64,000 bases of DNA from Piromyces finnis finn (taxonomy: Eukaryota > Fungi > Neocallimastigomycota), in the NCBI GenBank assembly GCA_002104945.1, contig MCFH01000014.1:1-64000 (forward strand). Reading direction: 5' to 3'. A program made the position numbers and the translations under genes. Shown one piece after another: positions 33,700 to 46,700 of this stretch. Below the pieces are notes generated by a model. It was not told the origin of the DNA and did not search any database. It worked only from the letters and a program-made list of their open reading frames with translations. Each line of letters begins with the position of its first letter. Position 1 is the stretch's first letter.

Positions 33700-36600
33700 G
33701 TGGAAGATCTAAATAAAATTTTTCAAAATTTAACTATTAAGGACGTAGAGATGTCAGAAAATCATAGCAACCTTAGGAAAATCAATAGTCCACCCCTATT
33801 TTATGGAAATAGGAAAGATCTTGAAGGTTTTCTAACTAGAGTCGAACTAACCTCTGAAGATGAACCAGACCGCTTCTCAGATGATAGCAAGAAGATTAGA
33901 TATATTATGTCTTTCTTTGAGGACAAAGCTTTGAAATGGGCTATTATATTAAGGAGAGAAAGAAATCCAATTCTTAACTCCTTAGATGATTTTATCCGTG
34001 AAATGAGATCACAATTTGGTGATCAAGATTGTGAGACTGTTGTAGCCAATGGAAAACTATGTACAATAAAACAAAAAAGTTACAAGAATGTTTATTCGTA
34101 CATAAATGAATTTAAAAGAATTAGCCAGTACTCAAACTTTAATGAGGCCGCTAAAATATATATGTTCATTCAAGGATTACATTACAAAATGAGGGAACAT
34201 CTTGCTGTTGTCGATTCTAATCCTGATGACCTCAATAAACTCTACAGTGAAGTTATAAATATTGAGAGTCTCACCAAAAGAATAAATATTAGTGAACATT
34301 ATTTTAAAAATAATGAAGGAAGAGGCAACAAGAAAGATCAAGATAATGATCCTATGGACGTTGATCTTATGAGAATTAAAAGTGGTAATAAATATACTCA
34401 TCACTATGCGGATCCAAAAAGGGATTACTATGTTAAGAACAATGATTCCCATGAAGAAGAAAAGAAGCCGGGACACCTACAATTCAACTGTCCTAACAAG
34501 AGAAAGCCAATGAATGTTAGAACCATTCAGGAAAAAGGCTCACATTCTAACGATACTGCCTCTTTGAATAGAATAATTAAGCTAGATAAATTTATGGACA
34601 TAGCTACAATCCATGAAATTGTGAAGAGAGAAAATTTATCAAGAAAGAAAAATAATATCCTTAACTTCTCAATTAAGTCAAATGAAGGAGATGAAGTCAG
34701 AGCTAGAGTACTAATTGATTCTGGATCTGATCTTAACTTTATTCACCCTGACTTTATTAAAAAACATAAAATCGGAACTAGAAAAGTTAAGGAATCAATA
34801 AGAGTTACGGGATTGGGATGTGATGTAGCCGTGGTTGAAAGTGAAACAGAAAAGTGTATTCTTCGCTATCGAAACCATCTCGAGGTTATCAAGCTCTATG
34901 CTCTTAGAATTCCAGATGTCGATATCATTCTTGGTATCCCTTGGATTGATAAGCATAGCCCTCAAAACTACCACGACGCGAGCAAAATTCGGTTTAATTC
35001 TGATTATTGTTCTCGCCATTGTAATAATGGAAAAAGAAAGCACAAATCAAAAAAGAAGAAATCTAATAAAAAGAACAACTCTATACAAGAAACCAAAATT
35101 ATGACAAATCCTCAAGTTCACAAAAGAAAATTATCGGAGGTAACTGAAGATGCTGATGAAGATTTTGAATATGTTCGTGGTCGTCGTTCTCGTATTTGTA
35201 CTATTATTGATAATAATAGTGATAATGATGATTTTTATCATTATAGGAATTTTAATAAAAACTTAAATTGTAATAACTGTAATAGTATTAGTGATAGTTT
35301 TAGTATTGGTAATAATTATAAAAAGAGTTTTAATAGTATTTGTAGTAATAATAATTGTAAGTGTAATAATTGTCTTAAGTGTATTAATTGTATTAATATG
35401 AAAAAGTTAAATGTAATTAATGAAAATAACTTAAATAAAGATAAAAAATTGGTCTCAGTGCCAAAACAATATTTAATTTATAAAGAAGTGTTTAATGAAA
35501 ATAATTGTAATATGTTACCACCTCATCGTGAATATGATTGTGAAATTAAATTAAAAGATAATTCTAATTTGTTTTATGGTCCCCTTTATCCATTAACTGA
35601 AGCAGAAAGAGATGAACTAAAAAATTACATTAAAGAAAATTTAGAAAAAGGTTTCATTAGGAAATCTACATCTCCTGCTGGGGCACCAGTTTTATTTGTT
35701 AAAAAGAAAGATGGCTCATTACGGCTATGTGTTGATTATAGGAAGCTTAACGACATGACTATTAGAAACTCATACCCTCTTCCTTTGATCAGTGACTTAT
35801 TAGATAGAGTGAAAGGAGCAAAGTATTTTACTAAGTTAGATTTAAGGTCAGCCTACAACTTAGTTAGAATCAAGGAAGGTGATGAATTTAAAACTGCCTT
35901 TAGAACTAGGTATGGGCACTTTGAATACCTTGTTATGCCGTTCGGGTTAAAGAATGCACCTGCTACCTTCCAGCATTTTATTAATGATGTTCTTAGTGAA
36001 TATTTGGATGATTTTGTTATTTCCTATATCGATGATATTTTAATTTTCTCAAATAGTTTAGAAGAACATCATGTACACGTGAAAAAAGTATTAAAGAAAT
36101 TATTAGATAATAATTTGTTTGTTAAATTAGAAAAGTGTGAATTCGACGTCCCTGAGACAACTTTTCTTGGATATGTGTTATCGAGGGAAGGCCTAAGAAT
36201 GGACAGTAATAAAGTGAAAGCTATTCTTGACTGGCCTGTTCCTACTTCTGTTAAAGAAGTCCAATCCTTTATTGGTTTATGCAATTATTACAGAATTTTT
36301 ATTAAAGATTTTGCTAGGATAGCTAATCCGCTGCATAAACTCACTAGAAAAAATGTTCCTTTTACTTGGAGCTCAGAACTTCAGAAAGCATTTGATACCC
36401 TCAAAGAATTATTTACTTCCGCACCTATTCTTATAAATCCTGATAGTAATAAACCATTTATTGTCGAGACTGACGCAAGTAACTTCGCGGTTGGCGCAAT
36501 TTTGTCACAAGAATTTGAGGGTCAGTTGCATCCGGTCGCTTTTATTTCTTCAAGTTTAACAAAGTCTCAAAGAAATTATCAAATCTATGATAAAGAATTG

Positions 36601-38457
36601 CTTGCTATCAAAGTAGCTCTGGAAGAATGGAGACACTATTTGGAAGGTGCTAGACATCAGTTTACCATCTATACTGATCATAAGAATTTGACGTTCCCTA
36701 GAAAGCCTGAAATGCTATCGCAACGACAAATAAGATGGTATGAGTTCCTATCTCGTTTTGACTTTAAGCTAATTTATAGAGCTGGTAAAAAGTCTGGAAA
36801 ACCTGATTTATTATCAAGACGTAGTGATCATTTATTTAATAATATTTCATGTAATAAAATTTCTTGTAACGTAATTGATAATATTAATAAAAATGATAAT
36901 ACTTTGATTAATTCCATTTTATGCTCTCAAAAAAAAGATGTGTTTTACAATAAAATTTTTTCTTACTTTAATAATAACAATAAGTCCTCGTCCCCACCAT
37001 GTAAAAACATTGATAAATATTTTATCGATGTTGATGGCTATTTGTTATTTAATAATTTAATTTATGTTCCACCTAATTTAAGAACTAGAATTTTAGAGTT
37101 GCATCATAACTCTATTTCCGCTGGCCATTTTGGTATTAATAAGACTACCGAATTAATTAGCAGAAATTTTTGGTGGCCAAAATATTATGATGATGTTAAA
37201 AAGTTTGTTAAGTCCTGTGTAACTTGTTGTAAAGCTAAAGTTCCAAGACATAGACCATATGGGTTGCTATCTCCTCTTCCTACTCCTGATAGAGCTTGGT
37301 CTGAATTATCTATGGACTTCATTGTTGAATTACCAAAGTCCAAAGATATGACTACCATTATGGTCATTGTTGATAGACTAACCAAAATGGCTCATTTTAT
37401 TCCCTTAAGGTGCCTTCCTACTGCATCTATTGCAGCTGATGTTTTTATCAACAATATCTTTCGGTTACATGGTTTCCCCGAATCAATTGTTTCTGACCGT
37501 GGTACTCAGTTTACTTCTGAATTTTGGAATCGTCTGTGTGATTTATTAAATATTAAACTTAAGTTTTCCACTGCTAACCACCCACAGACTGATGGTCAAA
37601 CGGAGAGAGTGAACGGGATATTGGAACAATATCTCCGTTGTTTTATTAATGAAAAACAAAATAATTGGGTTGATTTGCTTCCTTTTGCCGAATTTGCCTA
37701 TAACAACACATTACAGCAATCGATCAATCAATCCCCATTTTATGCAAACTATGGTTTTAATCCCAAATTTAATATCGATATTCCTTCAGCTAATAAACCA
37801 AATAGAGCTGAACAAAGAATTTTAGATATAAATAAAAATATCAAACTTCTAAAGGAAAATCTTGATCATGCAAAAGAAACTTATAAAAAATATGCTGATC
37901 AAAGAAGAATTGAATCACCAAAGTTTGAAGTTGGAATGAAAGTTTGGTTATTGAAAGGAATAAATCCTTCAGGAAAAAACATTAAAAGAAAACTGTCTGA
38001 TCAAATGCTAGGACCATTTAAAATTATTAAAAAAGTAAGTCCCCTAGCATTTGAATTGAAATTACCACACAATTTGCGTTGTCATCCTGTCTTTCATGTT
38101 TCGTTATTAGAACCGTATACTGAAAACAAATTTAAAGATAGGACAAATAATTATAATAGGAAAAATATCCAATTAAATATTGATACAAATGAAAAAATTC
38201 CAGAAAAAATTATTAAAGAAAGAACTTATAATAAAAAGAAATCATTTCTTGTTACTTATAAATATCTTGATTCAAGTGAAAATCGATGGATTCCCGAGGA
38301 TCAGATTTTAGATAGACAATTGATCCAAGAATTTTACAGAAGAAACAAAAAGCTAAGAAAAAATAAAGACAACGAATATATGGATAATTTAAACAACGAC
38401 GGTATGATTCGAACAAAGTATAGACCATTTGTTATAGAAATTCCTTCTAGAAAATGA
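33700..38457 (+). CDS. gag-pol: A2 single-ORF Gag-Pol; zinc knuckle partly missing
   Basis: 1585 aa from GTG. Motifs LIDSGS, YIDD, HHCC, DDE, GPF, degenerate chromodomain; knuckle reads ...EEKKPGHLQFNC without CxxC. Confidence 0.93.
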   Translation: MEDLNKIFQNLTIKDVEMSENHSNLRKINSPPLFYGNRKDLEGFLTRVELTSEDEPDRFSDDSKKIRYIMSFFEDKALKWAIILRRERNPILNSLDDFIREMRSQFGDQDCETVVANGKLCTIKQKSYKNVYSYINEFKRISQYSNFNEAAKIYMFIQGLHYKMREHLAVVDSNPDDLNKLYSEVINIESLTKRINISEHYFKNNEGRGNKKDQDNDPMDVDLMRIKSGNKYTHHYADPKRDYYVKNNDSHEEEKKPGHLQFNCPNKRKPMNVRTIQEKGSHSNDTASLNRIIKLDKFMDIATIHEIVKRENLSRKKNNILNFSIKSNEGDEVRARVLIDSGSDLNFIHPDFIKKHKIGTRKVKESIRVTGLGCDVAVVESETEKCILRYRNHLEVIKLYALRIPDVDIILGIPWIDKHSPQNYHDASKIRFNSDYCSRHCNNGKRKHKSKKKKSNKKNNSIQETKIMTNPQVHKRKLSEVTEDADEDFEYVRGRRSRICTIIDNNSDNDDFYHYRNFNKNLNCNNCNSISDSFSIGNNYKKSFNSICSNNNCKCNNCLKCINCINMKKLNVINENNLNKDKKLVSVPKQYLIYKEVFNENNCNMLPPHREYDCEIKLKDNSNLFYGPLYPLTEAERDELKNYIKENLEKGFIRKSTSPAGAPVLFVKKKDGSLRLCVDYRKLNDMTIRNSYPLPLISDLLDRVKGAKYFTKLDLRSAYNLVRIKEGDEFKTAFRTRYGHFEYLVMPFGLKNAPATFQHFINDVLSEYLDDFVISYIDDILIFSNSLEEHHVHVKKVLKKLLDNNLFVKLEKCEFDVPETTFLGYVLSREGLRMDSNKVKAILDWPVPTSVKEVQSFIGLCNYYRIFIKDFARIANPLHKLTRKNVPFTWSSELQKAFDTLKELFTSAPILINPDSNKPFIVETDASNFAVGAILSQEFEGQLHPVAFISSSLTKSQRNYQIYDKELLAIKVALEEWRHYLEGARHQFTIYTDHKNLTFPRKPEMLSQRQIRWYEFLSRFDFKLIYRAGKKSGKPDLLSRRSDHLFNNISCNKISCNVIDNINKNDNTLINSILCSQKKDVFYNKIFSYFNNNNKSSSPPCKNIDKYFIDVDGYLLFNNLIYVPPNLRTRILELHHNSISAGHFGINKTTELISRNFWWPKYYDDVKKFVKSCVTCCKAKVPRHRPYGLLSPLPTPDRAWSELSMDFIVELPKSKDMTTIMVIVDRLTKMAHFIPLRCLPTASIAADVFINNIFRLHGFPESIVSDRGTQFTSEFWNRLCDLLNIKLKFSTANHPQTDGQTERVNGILEQYLRCFINEKQNNWVDLLPFAEFAYNNTLQQSINQSPFYANYGFNPKFNIDIPSANKPNRAEQRILDINKNIKLLKENLDHAKETYKKYADQRRIESPKFEVGMKVWLLKGINPSGKNIKRKLSDQMLGPFKIIKKVSPLAFELKLPHNLRCHPVFHVSLLEPYTENKFKDRTNNYNRKNIQLNIDTNEKIPEKIIKERTYNKKKSFLVTYKYLDSSENRWIPEDQILDRQLIQEFYRRNKKLRKNKDNEYMDNLNNDGMIRTKYRPFVIEIPSRK

Positions 38458-38488
38458 TCTCACAGGAGCTCGACTTAAAGGGCGAGAT

Positions 38489-39240
38489 TGTAAAGATATA
38501 ATATATATCTTTAGATTATTTAATAATTAACTATTAATTATTAAATAATAAATTAATATTTATTAAAATTAACTATGAAATTTTTAATATTCAATGGAAT
38601 AATTTAATAATAAATTATTTTATAATAATTCCGTCAAAATTAAATAAAGATAAATATTTAAATTTAAGGAACAAAAGAATCTTAATTAAATTTAAATATT
38701 TCAAATATTTTAAATATTCATAATAACTTTAAATACTTTTTATTTAATTTTAGAATAGTTTAATAATAATATACTTTCTTATTTAAATTTAGAATAGTTT
38801 AATAATTTTAACTGAGTTTTAAAAATAGATGTGTTTATATTTCAATAGGAAATATATTAAGAATAGTATTGATAATATTAAATTAATTTATAGATAATAC
38901 CTGAGCTTTATTCAATTTTGAGTTTACTCAAATTAAATTAAAAGTATAATGAATTAGTTTTAGTTTAGTTTTATTATTTTATTATTTAATTAGATTAGTT
39001 TTGTTTATTTTATATTAAATATATGTTTATTTAAATAGAATAATATATTAGAATATAATTATGAAAAAATATAAATACATGTAAATTTTATCAATTGAAT
39101 CGATGTAATTGTTATTTTATTTCTAACCATTAATAAAGAAGATAATTTTTAAAAAAAAAGAAACTCCTATTTTTATTTTATCGTGTGTTTAATTGTTTTA
39201 TTGTTAAATATATAATCTGTTTTAAGATTAATATTTTACA
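38489..39240 (+). repeat. A2 3' LTR
   Basis: Direct repeat of 32369-33120 at offset 6120. Confidence 0.95.
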
Positions 39241-39245
39241 TCTCC

Positions 39246-42200
39246 CATCAATATTCAGCTTCCCAACAGTAAAAACATGACCATCAGACATGTTACTACC
39301 CCTTTGAAGCTCAAGTTAATGGATCATGTTGAGGATTACGAATTTTTTATTGGTAATCTTCAACTTCACGGCATCTGTGGAATTCTAGGAAGGGATTGGC
39401 TTGCAATTCATAATCCTTATATTAATTTTAAAACAAATAAAATATATTTCTTGGATTATTATTGCAAAGATCATTGTAAGTCTTGTAGAGGTAATAAATT
39501 TGTTTTTAAATCAAAAGATGTTACAGCTACAATGGTTTATAATGAAAACTGTATTAACGACTCTATTATCCCGGAGAATATCACAGAAGAAGAAATCCAA
39601 GACCACAACTACAACTGGTGCAACGCTATGATAGAGATGGGAACTATCATAGATGGGAAGGCTACCGAGGATGCAACCATCAGCAAAGCTCTAGCCAAAG
39701 AAGACATTATAAAGAAGTACTACTCTAATTTAATGAAGGTGTTCGAAAAGACAGAAGCCGACAAACTTCCACCTCATCGAGTTTATGACATTTCGATTGA
39801 CTTAATATCAAATAGTCAATTATACTTTGGTCCAATATATTCATTAACAGTTGTCGAGTTAGAAACCTTAAAAAAATATATTAATGAAAATCTTGAAAAG
39901 GGTTTCATTCGAAAGTCCAAGTCACCAGCCGGTGCTCCTGTCTTGTTCGTGAAAAAACATGACGGATCCCTTCGACTATGTGTAGACTACCGACGTTTGA
40001 ACGCAGTTACCATCAGGAACAGCTACCCCCTTCCAAAGATTAATGATTTGATTGAATCATTCAAAAGTGCTTCAATCTTTACTAGGCTCGATCTTAGATC
40101 AGCCTATAACTTGGTTCGTGTCAAGGAAGGCCACGAATATTTAACTGCTTTCCGAACTCCGCTTGGACATTATGAATATCTTGTAATGCCTTTCGGTCTT
40201 CGTAACGCACCTTCGGTCTTTCAAAGATTCATACAAGATGTGCTTACAGATGTTATCGGTTCTTATGCTCAAGTCTATTTAGATGATATAATTATTTATT
40301 CAAAAAATATAAACGAGCATATCAAGCATGTCAAGAAAATACTTCAACTCCTTATCGATAATGGCCTCTATGTGAAACTCGAAAAATGCGATTTTCACGT
40401 TAAGTCAACTACATTCTTAGGATTCAATGTCTCTCCAAATGGCCTTACAATGGATCCTAACAAGGTGAAATCAATCTTGGATTGGCCAACGCCAAAAAAC
40501 TTAAAAGAACTCCAGAGTTTTTTGGGTTTATGCAACTTTTACAGAAAGTTCATAAAAAACTTTGCCGAAATAATGGAACCTCTTCGTAGACTACTAAAAG
40601 GTAACTCTGTTTTCAATTGGGATACTCAAGCTGAACGGTCCTTCAATCTACTTAAACAGGCTTTTAAAAATGACGAATTACTTATCTTTCCAAATCCAGA
40701 CAAAGAATTCGTAGTTGAATCAGACGCAAGTGACTTTGCGTTAGGATGCGTTCTCTCACAAATTAGCGATAAAGATAATATGTTACATCCTGTAGCATTT
40801 TACTCAAGATCTTTGAACAAAGCTGAAGCTAACTACACTATCTATGATAAGGAGCTTCTTGCTGTTATTACTGCCTTTGATGTATGGAGACATCATTTAG
40901 AAGGCGCAAAGTTCCCAATTCAAGTTATCACCGATCACAAAAATCTACTCTATTGGAAAAAGCCTCAACGTCTTAATCAGAGACAAATCCGCTGGGGCAT
41001 GTTCTTGTCAAAATTTGATTATAGAATTTCTTTCAGACCCGGTGCTAGAAGTGGGAAGCCTGACTCGCTCTCAAGAAGGCCAGATTACAAACCAAATGAA
41101 TATAAATCTAATGAATATATCATTCCTGAAAAGAATATTTGCTGTGCCACAAGAGATAATATTAATAATCTTATTGAGTCACAGAGGTCTGATAAATATT
41201 GTAGAAACATCCTTTCCAAAATCAAATCAGGGACTGAAATAAAAAGTGCCTTGTTCAAAATCGTCGACGGTGTTCTCCATTTTCAAAACCGTATATTAGT
41301 GCCATCTGCGTTGAAAGGAAACATATTAAAATCCTTTCATGATACTCCTACAAATGGTCACCAGGGTATTGACAAAACGCTTGAAAAACTTAAACGTTAC
41401 TACTGGTGGCCTAATATGAAAAATGATGTTAGAAATTTTGTCCTTTCATGTAAAACTTGTGGAAAGAACAAAATAAGAAGACATAAACCATATGGTAAGA
41501 TTCAACCTCTCCCTGTTCCTAACAAGCCATGGGAAATAATAGGTGTAGACTTCATTGTCTACCTTCCAAGCTCTCAGGACTGCTCTTGTATTATGGTTGT
41601 ATCGGATCATTTTACTAAAATGGTTCATTTAATTCCCTGCTCCGACGTACCCTCTGCTGACCTAACAGCTAAACTTTTGTTATTCAATGTATTTCGCTAC
41701 CATGGATTTCCTAAGGTAATAGTTTCGGATCACGGTACCCAGTTTTCCTCCGAATATTGGACTTCGCTTTGTTCGGCCTTGCATGTAAAGCCTCGACTTG
41801 CTACAGCTCACCATCAACAGTCAAATGGACAAGTCGAGAGAGCCAACTCAGTGATTGAACAATATCTTCGCTGTTACTGTTCTTCGGCACAACATGAATG
41901 GTTTTCTTATCTTCCCTTATGTGAGTTAGCTTATAACAATTCTCTTCACAAGTCTATAGGAATGTCGCCATTTTTCGCCAATTATGGGTTCCATCCGGAA
42001 TGTAATATTGATTCTCCCCAGATTCTACTTAAGGATAACGCTTCATCTCTTACTAGAGATTGGTCGTCCCATTTTAATGCCTTAAAAAAACAACTAAATC
42101 AAGCTAAAGAAGACTTCAAGAAGTATGGAGATAATCACAAATCCACGGGTCCAGAGCTTAAGGTCAATGATATGGTTTGGCTCAAGCGCCATTATTTTAC

Positions 42201-42381
42201 TAATGAACCTGCTAAGAAACTAGCTTCTCAATATTTAGGACCATTCCGCATTTCTGAAAAGAGGGAACGTATGAATTACAGGCTTGAATTACCAGAAAAT
42301 CTTAACATTCATCCTGTATTTCATATTTCACAATTGGAACCTTATACGAGTAGAAATCCTGAACTAAAGGAACATTTATAA
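39246..42381 (+). pseudogene. pol: D1 pol remainder (protease C-half, RT, RNase H, integrase GPF; no chromodomain)
   Basis: ORF 39277-42381; YLDD, QVERAN, GPF, ends VFHISQLEPYTSRNPELKEHL. Confidence 0.92.
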
Positions 42382-42390
42382 AGGGAGCAA

Positions 42391-43215
42391 TGTAAGAATT
42401 AATAATTATTTATTGAATAATTATTAATTCTTATTTAATTATTTTTTTAATTATTAAATTAATTAATTATTTAAATTATTAGCATACATTCATTTAAATT
42501 ACTATAAACAGTTATTTATATTAATATTAATTATTCATTTACTAAATGTAAAATTTATTTAATTATTATATTAATTAATTATTTATTTAATTTAGTAATT
42601 TATCTAAAATAATAGTAAACATTCATTTATTCTATTATTTAATAATTTTTGTATTACATTTTATAAGAAACATTATGTATTTTATTTTACGTTTGTATTT
42701 TATATTTATGTATCGTATCTTGAAATAACTTATAGAAACAACTAGAAGATATAAATAAATATTAGGACAATCGGATATTAAGGTTTTTCCGAATTTTATT
42801 CGGTTTTACTTAATATTACGATGATTGATATATTAGTTATCAATCGAATATCTTTTTAGGTTTTTCTTCTAGTCTTTTCCTAAAAAGATTATTTGTTAAG
42901 ATTAGAAATTTTTTATTAAACTTTAAATTATTAAAAAATTATAAATAAAAGAACTCTGGAATACCACTTAAAAATCCAGAGTTATTATTATAAGAACTAT
43001 TATAATAAATAACCTTTATTAAAATAATATTAATAAAATATTTTAAATTAATTAACATTAAAAGTTTTGTGTTGTTTATTATACTTCCTTATAATAAACT
43101 CTTATTAAGATAAGTATAAAATTTTATTTTAACTTCTCAGTTTAATAATACTAATTATTATTAAATTGAAGATAATAATTATTATTATATAATATATATA
43201 ATAATAATTATTACA
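42391..43215 (+). repeat. D1 3' LTR
   Basis: Repeat of 30050-30871 with one extra TAA unit near the end. Confidence 0.93.
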
Positions 43216-43224
43216 TACAAATAC

Positions 43225-43719
43225 TGTAAAAGGTTTTTTATAATATTAGTTAATAAGTTGCTAATTAGTTAATTAAGTTAGTTATTACCTCTCTATACGA
43301 GTTAATAACTAAATAAAGTTTTATAAAAAATAATAAAAGAAAGAAAATAAATATTATAACACTAAAATAAATATAAACACTTATATAAATATTTTATGAA
43401 ATAACTTTTACTTAAATAATTATATTTTAATTATATCTTTTATTTATTTATTATAATTATCTACATTAATTATTATTATAGCTATTAATTTACTTTAATA
43501 CTAACGCTAAAGTATTTAACGTTAGTTTTGACTATACTATTTAACTATATGAGTTTATTTTCTTTACCACTTGATTGGGTAAAGCAAATAAACTTCCTAT
43601 TTAATTAATAACCATTAATATATGGTTATACATATATTTGGCCAATAAATGATGACCAGAATATATGGTTTCAATTGAAATATTTGTGGGCAAACTTATG
43701 GCCACAAATATTTCTTACA
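43225..43719 (-). repeat. E 3' LTR
   Basis: 495 bp, minus strand tgtaagaaatatttgtgg...ccttttaca; adjacent to the PPT. Confidence 0.92.
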
Positions 43720-43740
43720 ATGCCCCCCTAAGGAGAAAAC

Positions 43741-46700
43741 CTAGGTAGGGTTTTGGACACTAACCATGAATTCCTGGTAGCATTTATCTTGAAATTCCTT
43801 GAGTAGCTTATCATAGTGGGAGTTCTTGTCAATGATATCAGCATCAACCCACTCTTGCCTAAAGTCACTAAAGGTAGCTAAGTATTGGTAGTTATCCTTC
43901 TTTCTTCTAGCATTCATGATTTTGATGATTTTCTGGTAGCCCACTGGTGCAGGTGTTAGTTCTTCAGGTTTGTTATGGTATGGTTCAAGTTCACTGATAT
44001 GAAACACTGGGTAGACGTTGGGGAAAGGTGACTTGCTGATATCCAACCGGTAGTTAAGCTTGCTTTCATCAATTCCAATAACCTTGAAGGGACCGTACTT
44101 TCTTGCTTGTAGCTTGTAGAAGGGAAGAGGGTTGTAATTTTCTGGTTTTCTTAACCACACCAAATCCATGAGCCTAATTTTAGGGTAGTTAAGTTCTCTT
44201 CTATGGTCCAAGTGGTCTAAGAACCGTGTTCTTGATATGTCCAGCATATGCTTTAAGTTACCTAAGTTGTGAGCGAAGCTATCTAATACAGGAGCTTCGC
44301 CAAGGGAGTGGACAAGTTCTGAATCTTGAGGGTTCATATGTACCTGGTAGTTATACAAGGCTAGGAATGGGGACTGCTTAGTAGAACTGTGCACTGCATT
44401 ATTATAACAGAACTCAGCTAAGTACAAGTACTTCAACCATTCGTCGTCATCAAAGGTCTTCACAAAGCATCTAAGGTACATACTTACGTAGGAGTTGTTA
44501 CGTTCTACCTGACCAACTGTTTCATGATGGCCAGTAGTAGCAAGGTTTACTTCTACGCCAAAGAACCCCATAATGTCCTTCCACAACTTACTAGTGAACT
44601 GGACACCACGATCCGTAGTAACCGATTTGGGACAACCATGTAACTTGAATACATGTTGTAAGTATGCTAAGGCTGTTTCTTTAGCAGTAGGCATACTCCT
44701 AAAACCCACTAAGTGTATCATCTTGGTTAACTTATCGCTACAAACCATGATACAACCTCTTCTAGTGACTTCTGGAGGTTCTGAGGGACTACTACCTGGT
44801 TTTCTGCGTTCCTTAATAGGTAGGTCCGTCAGGAAGTCAATTTCTACTTCTTGCCAAGGTAAGTCTGCAACTTTTACCCTAGCAGCGCTACCGTACGGCT
44901 TGTGTCTGTTGTCCTTTTGGGTACAACATATGGTACAAGCTTTAATATAACCCGCAATGTCATCCTTCATTTTTGGCCAGTAATAGTTTCTGGCTATCAG
45001 GTCGTAAGTCTTATCCTTTCCTAAGTGACCCGCTGTTTCACTATCATGGTTAAGTTTTATGATTGTTTCCCTTAACACCTTTGGTACATATGTACGTTCT
45101 GGTGCATCCTTCCTAACAATCAACCCATTAACCATCAACCACTTCTTTTTGATGAGCTTGTGGCCTCTTTTTGCGTCAAGACCATCTCTAATTTCCCTAG
45201 CAAGCTCATCCGTGTTGTAAGCTTGTTTCAATTCTCCCACAAAGCTTACTTCTAACACCGCATAGCACTCTTCTTCCACGGGTGGAAATTCTTTTACCTG
45301 TTCAGGTCGAAGGAGGCTAGCTTTTTCCATCTCCAGTTGTACCTGTTCTGGAGATACCATTCTTGATAGGATATCGGCTCTACCATTCATTTTTCCTGGC
45401 CGATATATTATTTCGAAGTTGTATGCAGCAAACAGCTCTTGCCATCTTGCCTGTCTTGCTGTCAACAACTGTGGTTTTGTGGCGAACAGGAGATTCCTAT
45501 GGTCACTATATACTAGGACCTTATGTTTCGCACCCATCAACAGGTGTCGCCACTCGATGAAAGCATTCCTAATAGCCAACAACTCCTTTTCCGTGATGGA
45601 GTAGTTGATTTCTGCTTTCGTAAGCTTCTTGGAATAGTAATACACAGGGTGTAGTTCATTGTCATCGCCTAGTTGTGATAGTACACCACCCACCGCGTAG
45701 TTACTAGCGTCGCACTCCACTATGAACTGACGGTCATGGTCAGGATATGCTAATACTGGTGGAGACAACAGCATTTCTTTTAACTTCTCGAACGCCTGGA
45801 TGCGTTCTTCATTCCACAGGAACTGTACCTTTTTTGACGTCATAGCATATAACGGCCTTGCTATCTTAGAGAAGTCCTTTATAAACTTCCTATAATAGTT
45901 GCAGAATCCGAGGAATGACTGTAGTTCTTTGAGGTTGGTTGGTTGTGGCCAACTTGCTACAGCTTTTAACTTCTCTGGGTCGGTTTTAATACCATATTTT
46001 CCAACTACATGACCCAGGAATGCAAGTTCTTCCTTGTGGAACTCACACTTCGCTAATTTAGCTACTAGACGATTATCTATTAGCTTTTGTAGGACTCTTT
46101 TTACATGCCCTACATGCTCTTCAAGTGACTTGGAGTAGATGATGATATCATCCAAGTACACTTGACAGCAGTCATTGATTTCCTCTGCCAGCACCGTATT
46201 AATGAACCCTTGGAACGTGGCAGGAGCATTAGTCAACCCAAATGGCATCACTAGATATTCATAATGCCCAAACTTGGTTGAGAATGCCGTCTTGTATTCG
46301 TCACCTTCACGAATACGCACGAGGTTGTAGGCAGACTTCAAATCCAACTTGGAGAAGATAGTCGCGCCTTTCATAGCCTCGAACACTTGACTGATGAGTG
46401 GTAAGGGAAAGGAGTTACGCACTGTTACCTTATTAAGACGCCTATAATCAGTACATAATCGTCTTTCACCACTCTTTTTGGGCACGAATAACACAGGATA
46501 ACCTGCAGGACTCTCTGACTTCCTGATGAAGCCCTTTGCCAGGTTTTCCTCTATATATTCCTTCAATGCTTTTTCCTCTTCTGGATTGAAGGGATATATA
46601 GGCCCTTTATGGAGACTAGCATCCGGCTCCAGGTCGATCTTACAGTCGTAAGGACGGTGTTCTGGTAGCTGGTTAGCTATCTCTTCATTAAATGCTTCTT

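Larger units (their letters stand above)
32369..39240 (+). mobile_element. Full-length chromovirus A2 (relative of A1)
   Basis: LTRs 32369-33120 and 38489-39240 (both 752 bp, no differences seen); TSD tctcc at 32364-32368 and 39241-39245; same PPT and PBS as A1. Confidence 0.97.
30050..43215 (+). mobile_element. Ty3/gypsy element D1, interrupted in the protease by A2
   Basis: LTRs 30050-30871 and 42391-43215 (822/825 bp); TSD tacaa at 30045-30049 and 43216-43220; PPT aaagggagcaa 42380-42390; reconstructed ORF 4086 nt (1361 aa). Confidence 0.95.
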
